This document shows positions 7,649 to 12,553 of a stretch of DNA of 12,553 nucleotides, one piece after another. The notes beneath the pieces were generated by a model that had not been told where the DNA came from, searched no databases, and saw nothing but the letters and a program-made list of their open reading frames with translations. Source of the DNA: Candidatus Thorarchaeota archaeon (GTDB lineage: Archaea > Asgardarchaeota > Thorarchaeia > Thorarchaeales > Thorarchaeaceae); assembly GCA_016839445.1 (NCBI GenBank), contig JAEOUG010000157.1, positions 1-12,553 on the forward strand, read 5' to 3'. Made by a program: the position numbers and the translations under genes. Within the stretch, counting starts at the first letter, position 1. Each line of letters starts with the position of its first letter.

Positions 7649-8434
7649 TTGATAGCAGACATACCTGACGGACTCAGAGGATCCGGCGCAATCGAAGTCA
7701 GAGAGAAACTCGGAACTATCTCTGGCGGGGACATTCTCGATGTCGGCACGGAAGCGGGCGACTTCATTAAGACGCTGATGAGGACTCTGAAGGGATACAG
7801 TTCATTCCTAGGAATAGACATCTCAGCGGATGACTTGCAGAAAGCAGGAGAGCAACTCAAAGACGTTCCAGTGGAGCTGATGGAAATGAACGCTGAAAGT
7901 ATGTCATTTCCAGACAACCATTTCGACACTGTGTGTATCTCATACTCAATACATCATCTGGAACACAGTGACACTGTACTTGCTGAGATGTATCGCGTGT
8001 TGAAACCAGGAGGCCATTTCATCATCCAGGAACTGTATTCCGATGGAGAGCAGAATGAAGCGCAGCGATTAGACAGGGATGTACACAATCTGAATGTGAG
8101 GATCGATACCATCCTAGGCATCCCTCATTTCGAGGCCTTGACTCGTCAGGAATTGAAAGATGCGGTCAACAAGATTGGCCTGACTGCCGTAGAGGTCTAT
8201 GAGTCCTCATGGCCTGTCAAATGCCTCTTCTGCGAGGAAGCACGCGACTGTGAGAACCCTCTGAGAAAGGAGAGTGTCGACTTCATGAGAAAGGAGATTG
8301 ATGCCGATCTGGCCCGAATAATCGATCATCCGTCTTACGATGAATTGAGGAGAGAGGGAGAGTCAATCAAGGAGAGGGTCAAAGTCACAGGGCATTCTCC
8401 AGCTTCCGTGATGTATTTCTTCGGGAAGAAGTAG
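7649..8434 (+). CDS. Class I SAM-dependent methyltransferase (UbiE/Methyltransf_11/31-like)
   Basis: Motif I ILDVGTEAGDF, then GIDIS, NAESMSFPDNHFDTVCISYSIHH and EMYRVLKPGGHFIIQE. TTG start with GAGG at 7636-7639; an in-frame TGA at 7607 limits upstream extension. Confidence 0.9.
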   Translation: MIADIPDGLRGSGAIEVREKLGTISGGDILDVGTEAGDFIKTLMRTLKGYSSFLGIDISADDLQKAGEQLKDVPVELMEMNAESMSFPDNHFDTVCISYSIHHLEHSDTVLAEMYRVLKPGGHFIIQELYSDGEQNEAQRLDRDVHNLNVRIDTILGIPHFEALTRQELKDAVNKIGLTAVEVYESSWPVKCLFCEEARDCENPLRKESVDFMRKEIDADLARIIDHPSYDELRREGESIKERVKVTGHSPASVMYFFGKK

Positions 8435-8559
8435 TCTCACGAGAAGAGATGAGGGAGGGGGAGTAAGACTTCCGGATCATAGATTGCCTGGACAACTTGC
8501 GCCGAGAGCAAGTCTTAGTATACTATCAAAGCCCCCTTGGTGACATGATAGGAGAATCA

Positions 8560-9747
8560 ATGTCAATACGCCGCATGACGATGTTGGCTTTCACACTGAG
8601 TTTGGTGATGCTTCTCTCTATGCAGACCACGGTTTCCGCAAGTCAATCGGCATACTGGCCTACTGAGAGTTGGCGATACAGTACTCCTGAAACTCAGAAT
8701 ATGAACTCTACACTGCTTGATGCAGTAGATGAGTTGATGGAGAGTGCTAGTTGTGGAGCGAGAAGCTTCATTGTGGTCAAGAACGACTACATTGTCCACG
8801 AGACCTACTACTCACCATACTACACAGAGAACCATACGCAGTATCTCTACTCAGCCACAAAAGGCATTGTTTCTCTACTGATTGGATCAGCCATCTACCA
8901 GGGCTATATCGGCAATGTTAGCCAGAGAGTTGTCGACTTCTTTCCCAATAGAACCATCGCTAATCTAGATGCTCAGAAGGAGGCGATGACCCTAGAACAT
9001 CTGCTCACGATGACTTCTGGTCTTGAATGGGATGAGGCCAACTACTCGACCTTCAATAGTATGCTGGAAATGAGAGAAACAGATGATTGGATTCAGTATG
9101 TTCTTGACAGACCAATGGTTGCAGAACCGGGTTCTGAGTTCAATTACAACAGCGGCTGCTCTCATCTTCTAGCTGGCATAATCAATGCAACGACAGGTAT
9201 GACTCCACTCGAGTTTGCAGAAGATTACCTCTTTAGTCCATTAGGAATAGAACGCTATGGTTGGCTCGGAGATCCTCAAGGTATCAGCTATGGAGGTTCG
9301 GATCTGGCAATCACGCCTCAGGCAATGGCTAAAATCGGATTGCTCTACCTTAAGGGGGGAACCTGGGAGGAACAGAGAATCGTCTCATCCGAATGGATCA
9401 ACCAATCGACTACGCCTCATGCTCATGACGATAATCGCACTCAGTATGGGTGGCAACGGGATTTCTACGGATATCAGTGGTGGGTTCACTTGGCGTCTGG
9501 ATTCTACGCTGCACAAGGAAGAGAGGGGCAGCACATCTATGTGATTCCAGAACATGACATTGTAGTTGTATTCACAGGCCATGTCACAGATTTGGTGTAC
9601 CCTTTCTCGTATGATGATGTGGTAAGGGTCTATGTACTCGCGGCAGCCCTTCCAGCAGGTACAGGAATACCATTGGTCACGGTTCTTGCAGTGGCAGCAG
9701 GCAGCATTCTAATCGTGGGCGTTGTCATACTTATCCGGAGAAGGTGA
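8560..9747 (+). CDS. Membrane-anchored serine hydrolase, beta-lactamase/AmpC-like family (class C / NylB-like)
   Basis: ATG at 8560 after AGGAG (ORF track starts at 8497), 395 aa. Signal peptide; SxxK = SATK (8851-8862); HLLTMTSG; PGSEFNYNS (YxN/S); YGYQWW; AQGREGQ; C-terminal TM + RRR. Confidence 0.9.
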   Translation: MSIRRMTMLAFTLSLVMLLSMQTTVSASQSAYWPTESWRYSTPETQNMNSTLLDAVDELMESASCGARSFIVVKNDYIVHETYYSPYYTENHTQYLYSATKGIVSLLIGSAIYQGYIGNVSQRVVDFFPNRTIANLDAQKEAMTLEHLLTMTSGLEWDEANYSTFNSMLEMRETDDWIQYVLDRPMVAEPGSEFNYNSGCSHLLAGIINATTGMTPLEFAEDYLFSPLGIERYGWLGDPQGISYGGSDLAITPQAMAKIGLLYLKGGTWEEQRIVSSEWINQSTTPHAHDDNRTQYGWQRDFYGYQWWVHLASGFYAAQGREGQHIYVIPEHDIVVVFTGHVTDLVYPFSYDDVVRVYVLAAALPAGTGIPLVTVLAVAAGSILIVGVVILIRRR

Positions 9748-9786
9748 TGGAAGAAATCATCTCAGACTCGTTTCATCACGACACTT

Positions 9787-11370
9787 CTACTTGCCCGTTC
9801 TTCGTACGGACAATATGACTAGAATGATAGAAGCCGCCGAAACGGCTCCGACAACTCCCAATCCTATTGTCAGAAGGCCAATCTGGCCAATGAGTTCATT
9901 GACCCTTGACTGCCATTCTGTCTCATTGAAGCTCGTCGTAGTAGTCGTGACTGCCGTTGTCGTCCCGTAGCCCTCAACGACCACAAAGACCGAGTCGGCG
10001 ACATAGTTGCCACTGATATCAAACACGACAATCGTGAAGTTGTACTCTCCAGGCGAAAGCCCCTCAACCATAATGGTAACGGCATTGTCCTCAGCCCACC
10101 CTCCTGAACGAATCAGAACACCATCTCGATAGATCGAGTAGGAGTAGGGGTGTAGGTCCGTGGCATTCCAGAGGATGGAGCTACCTGTTGTTCCTTCAAG
10201 ATAATAGATGTCTAGAGGTGAGTTGACGGTGGGAGCGATCGTGTCATCAGCGTAGACCAGGACCGTATCGGTGCCAGTATTCCCACTGGTGTCCTCAAAG
10301 ACGACAGTATAGTTGAATAGACCGAAGTCGTGACCTGAAACATAATAGTTCACTGAGAGGCCAGTCCACAGCCCACTTGCGATAGGAGTGTCATCTAGAA
10401 GTAGTTGATAGCTGGAGGGCAGGAATTCTGTGCATGACCAGTTCAGCCAGAAGCCCGGGTCCACTCCTACTTCAAACAAGACATCCCCGATGTTAGTAGG
10501 AAGGGGAGGAGTTGTATCTTGCACTGTAACAATAAGGTCCTGGCTCAAAGCGTTGCCGTAGGTATCATTCACCGAAACCGCAAGAGGGTAGTCTCCAAGG
10601 TCAAGAAAGGTAGCGTTGGTGATCTCACCAGCAGGGCTCATAGAGAACCTCGTGTCATTCAGCCAGTACGTTGAAACACCCGAGTAGTCCAATGCATCTA
10701 CATCGTAGTAGAACTCTAACCCATACTCGGACATCTGGTCAGTTGGCGGGGGATGCCAGACAGGCGTTGATGTGTCTATTACTGTAACCAAGAACGATGT
10801 TGTCTTCTTCCTATCATAGTTGTCATTCACTGTGGCCGCCAGTCCGTACATACCGACCGGGACCACGGAGGCATTCTGAACAAGCCCCTCATCGCTTATC
10901 GAGAAGTACGTTGAGTCATTCAATACCCAGGTATCGAGCCCAATAGGTGATGTGGCATTGAGCTGATACGAAAAGTGAGCGCTTATCTCATGAATCTGAT
11001 TTTCGGCAGGATCCAATAACACGGGCGTTGCTATCTTCGCAATCCATATGTCAAAGGTCGCGTACTCGCCCGTTCCTTCCTGAATGTCCCCTATCAGGAT
11101 GTATACGTCCGATGAAGCCTCGAAGAACGAGTTGGCGGCGTAGTTGTCATCCGAGCCATATGTCGCATTCCAGAGCTCCCCACCGGTAGAATTAGTATGC
11201 ATGAACCATGCGGCGGAGTAGCCAGCATCAGTTGCCATCGCTCCAACAAAACCAAGAGATCCGTCTGCCAGTACCCGAAAATCATAGACATTGAACGCAT
11301 GCGCCGAGGTGTAGGTCTTGCTCCATACTGCATGCCCAGACGAGTTGAGATGAATCAGATGGGGCACCAT
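9787..11370 (-). CDS. C-terminal fragment of the beta-propeller surface protein (last blades, Ig-like stalk, TM anchor)
   Basis: 527-aa ORF with no signal peptide. Stalk repeats start DTSTP / DTTPP / DTIAP, followed by a TTTAVTTTTT linker and TM + RRTGK. Confidence 0.6.
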   Translation of the reverse strand: MVPHLIHLNSSGHAVWSKTYTSAHAFNVYDFRVLADGSLGFVGAMATDAGYSAAWFMHTNSTGGELWNATYGSDDNYAANSFFEASSDVYILIGDIQEGTGEYATFDIWIAKIATPVLLDPAENQIHEISAHFSYQLNATSPIGLDTWVLNDSTYFSISDEGLVQNASVVPVGMYGLAATVNDNYDRKKTTSFLVTVIDTSTPVWHPPPTDQMSEYGLEFYYDVDALDYSGVSTYWLNDTRFSMSPAGEITNATFLDLGDYPLAVSVNDTYGNALSQDLIVTVQDTTPPLPTNIGDVLFEVGVDPGFWLNWSCTEFLPSSYQLLLDDTPIASGLWTGLSVNYYVSGHDFGLFNYTVVFEDTSGNTGTDTVLVYADDTIAPTVNSPLDIYYLEGTTGSSILWNATDLHPYSYSIYRDGVLIRSGGWAEDNAVTIMVEGLSPGEYNFTIVVFDISGNYVADSVFVVVEGYGTTTAVTTTTTSFNETEWQSRVNELIGQIGLLTIGLGVVGAVSAASIILVILSVRRTGK

Positions 11371-12260
11371 GTCAGAAAGTCCCCAGAGTAGAAACTCATC
11401 TGATTGTGTGAGTTCGAAGATCTGTGACTATCACTATCCCCGATGTCCAAGGTGGTATTCCACTTGTGAACTCCATTGCTGCCTATGGACATAATGAGAT
11501 AGTCAGAGAAGTGAGTGTAAATGTTCGTTGTACGGGTGCAGAGAATAATGTCACCAGATGAGGTTTCAGCAAAATCAACGGCGAAGGTCGGTTGAAGATG
11601 TGCATAGGTGTTGTTCCATAGTAGGGTGCCTGCGCTATCAGTTCGCACGACAAGAGGAACATTGAAGCTCATTGATACATTCTCAAACCTTCCCGCGCCG
11701 AATAGAATGTAGTCCCCGTTGGCAGACTCGAGAACTCGTGTCACGTACTCCTGACTCCCGAGTGGCACAGTCCTGTTCCAAAGGTGACTGCACTCTGCAT
11801 CGAGATGGAAGAGCTGGAAGGATCTTGCCACCGATGTGGAGTTCCAGAAACATAGCAAGACAGTATATCCACCGTCACTTGTGGAGATCATATCAGCAGC
11901 GTCAATGATTAGTTCTGGAACGATAGCGTGCACGGACCTGTTCCAGACCTGGCCTCCGTACTCGTCAATCTTCATGATAGACACGTTTCTGTGGTCTCTT
12001 TGCGGGATTCTTTCCTCAGAATAGAGGACGAAGTAGCCGCCGTCCTGAGCACTGAAGACTCGATAGGGTCTTTCCGAATCACCAGCATCGAAAGTCACAT
12101 TCCAGAGCGCCCCTTCACTCTCCGACAGCTGATACTCGTCGGGCCGAGTGTTGTCGACAGGGCTTGCTCTCAATCCGGTGTCCAGAATGCCCGTCATGTT
12201 CAGGGTACTTGTGATGACCAGAAAGACAAGAAGCAGTGCACATGCGTGCCGAATCTTCAT
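11355..12260 (-). CDS. N-terminal fragment of the beta-propeller surface protein (signal peptide + first blades)
   Basis: 301-aa ORF with W-N-x-[TS]...DGGY-type repeats. The last ~24 residues (SHRSSNSH...WCPI) do not fit the repeat pattern and look out of frame. Confidence 0.6.
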   Translation of the reverse strand: MKIRHACALLLVFLVITSTLNMTGILDTGLRASPVDNTRPDEYQLSESEGALWNVTFDAGDSERPYRVFSAQDGGYFVLYSEERIPQRDHRNVSIMKIDEYGGQVWNRSVHAIVPELIIDAADMISTSDGGYTVLLCFWNSTSVARSFQLFHLDAECSHLWNRTVPLGSQEYVTRVLESANGDYILFGAGRFENVSMSFNVPLVVRTDSAGTLLWNNTYAHLQPTFAVDFAETSSGDIILCTRTTNIYTHFSDYLIMSIGSNGVHKWNTTLDIGDSDSHRSSNSHNQMSFYSGDFLTWCPI

Positions 12261-12290
12261 TACTCCACCTCGAAGATTGTGAGCACTATC

Positions 12291-12302
12291 CCACTAATAA
12301 GA
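12291..12302 (-). promoter_or_regulatory. Putative TATA-like box for the beta-propeller gene
   Basis: Minus strand TCTTATTAGTGG ~31-42 nt upstream of ATG 12260, lying between the upstream terminator and the RBS. Confidence 0.45.
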
Positions 12303-12335
12303 GCTTGCAGCTCAGGACTGCCTCCTTTGGCATCC

Positions 12336-12371
12336 AAGAAAGAGGAAGAAGAGCTGGCGGGGGCCAGCTCT
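12336..12371 (-). terminator. Hairpin plus pyrimidine-tract terminator after the OB-fold gene
   Basis: Perfect 9-bp stem AGAGCTGGC (12350-12358) / GCCAGCTCT (12363-12371) with a 4-nt loop, followed on the minus strand by TCTTCCTCTTTCTT. Starts 13 nt after the TAG at 12385-12387. Confidence 0.7.
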
Positions 12372-12384
12372 AGTTCAGTTGAGA

Positions 12385-12553
12385 CTACTTCATGGACTTG
12401 ACCCATTCATAGACAGGCGCGCAGAGCTCCTTCATGCGCTCCTTCTCTGGGTTCATAGGTCCGGGCTTCCAGCCGTCGGCGGGTTCGAACCACCAGTCGG
12501 TGACCGTTCCCTGCCGTTCCTCGGCGGGCTTCCAGGCCACCTTCACAGGCATG
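12385..12553 (-). CDS. 3' end of a DUF35/ChsH2-type Zn-ribbon OB-fold protein (partial)
   Basis: Hand translation, not in the ORF track: ...MPVKVAWKPAEERQGTVTDWWFEPADGWKPGPMNPEKERMKELCAPVYEWVKSMK*. Matches the recalled OB-fold C-terminal pattern (G)MxVxxxWKPxEERxGxxxD..F.P. Confidence 0.7.
   Translation of the reverse strand, partial: MPVKVAWKPAEERQGTVTDWWFEPADGWKPGPMNPEKERMKELCAPVYEWVKSMK

Larger units (their letters stand above)
9787..12260 (-). pseudogene. Frameshifted (or mis-assembled) surface glycoprotein gene, ~825 aa if joined: signal peptide, 7-bladed beta-propeller, 4 Ig/cadherin-like domains, Thr linker, TM anchor
   Basis: ORFs 11355..12260 and 9787..11370 overlap. The downstream frame extends back to 11427 as SQIFELTQSDEFLLWGLSD-MVPHL, which completes the blade begun by WNTTLDIGDSD in the upstream frame. 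ATG 12260 has a GAGGTGGAG RBS. Confidence 0.85.

Noticed and set aside
4770-8525. Short AT-rich palindromes ATACTATAGTAT (4770-4781), ACTATAGT (5513-5520) and TAGTATACTA (8516-8525) as a shared operator
   Set aside because: Short, not identical, and one overlaps a stop codon between convergent genes; compatible with chance or TATA-like composition.
5591-9747. Selenocysteine or pyrrolysine recoding at TGA/TAG stops
   Set aside because: These stops fall at natural protein ends (after TM tails or the final methyltransferase strand), and no convincing SECIS-like element was seen.
8560-9747. Calling the serine hydrolase ampC (antibiotic resistance)
   Set aside because: The KTG motif is absent (AQG at that position); the motifs fit the wider serine hydrolase family, so no gene symbol was assigned.
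11355-11430. Programmed -1 ribosomal frameshift or stop readthrough joining the two propeller ORFs
   Set aside because: No slippery heptamer was seen, blade alignment suggests missing nucleotides, and readthrough cannot join ORFs in different frames.
11928-12401. Plus-strand 157-aa ORF and the other short ORFs overlapping genes between 4258 and 12024
   Set aside because: They lie antisense or out of frame to well-supported genes; 11928..12401 also crosses a terminator and a promoter and has no domain features.

Overview
Archaeal-type, gene-dense window. AT-rich TATA-like boxes, GGAG/GAGG ribosome-binding sites and heavily N-glycosylatable surface proteins built as signal peptide + Ig-like stalk + Thr-rich linker + C-terminal TM helix suggest Asgard archaea, probably Thorarchaeia (taxonomy is inference). 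Left to right: a partial Zn-ribbon/Pro-Glu-rich/coiled-coil gene missing from the ORF track (-, TTG at 866); a ~985-aa surface protein with three CBM/jelly-roll-like repeats (-); a small 3-TM protein (+); a CPBP/Rce1-like intramembrane protease (-); a membrane-anchored HExxHxxGxxD metallopeptidase (-); a class I SAM methyltransferase (+); a membrane-anchored beta-lactamase-family serine hydrolase (+); a 7-bladed beta-propeller/Ig-stalk surface protein split by a frameshift near 11428 (-); and the 3' end of a DUF35-type OB-fold gene (-) followed by a hairpin terminator. Main leads: four C-terminally anchored surface proteins clustered with an atypical CPBP protease (possible surface-display/processing locus), a possibly circularly permuted metallopeptidase, and a stalk module shared by two surface proteins with unrelated heads. 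No RNA genes, CRISPR arrays or mobile elements were recognised.
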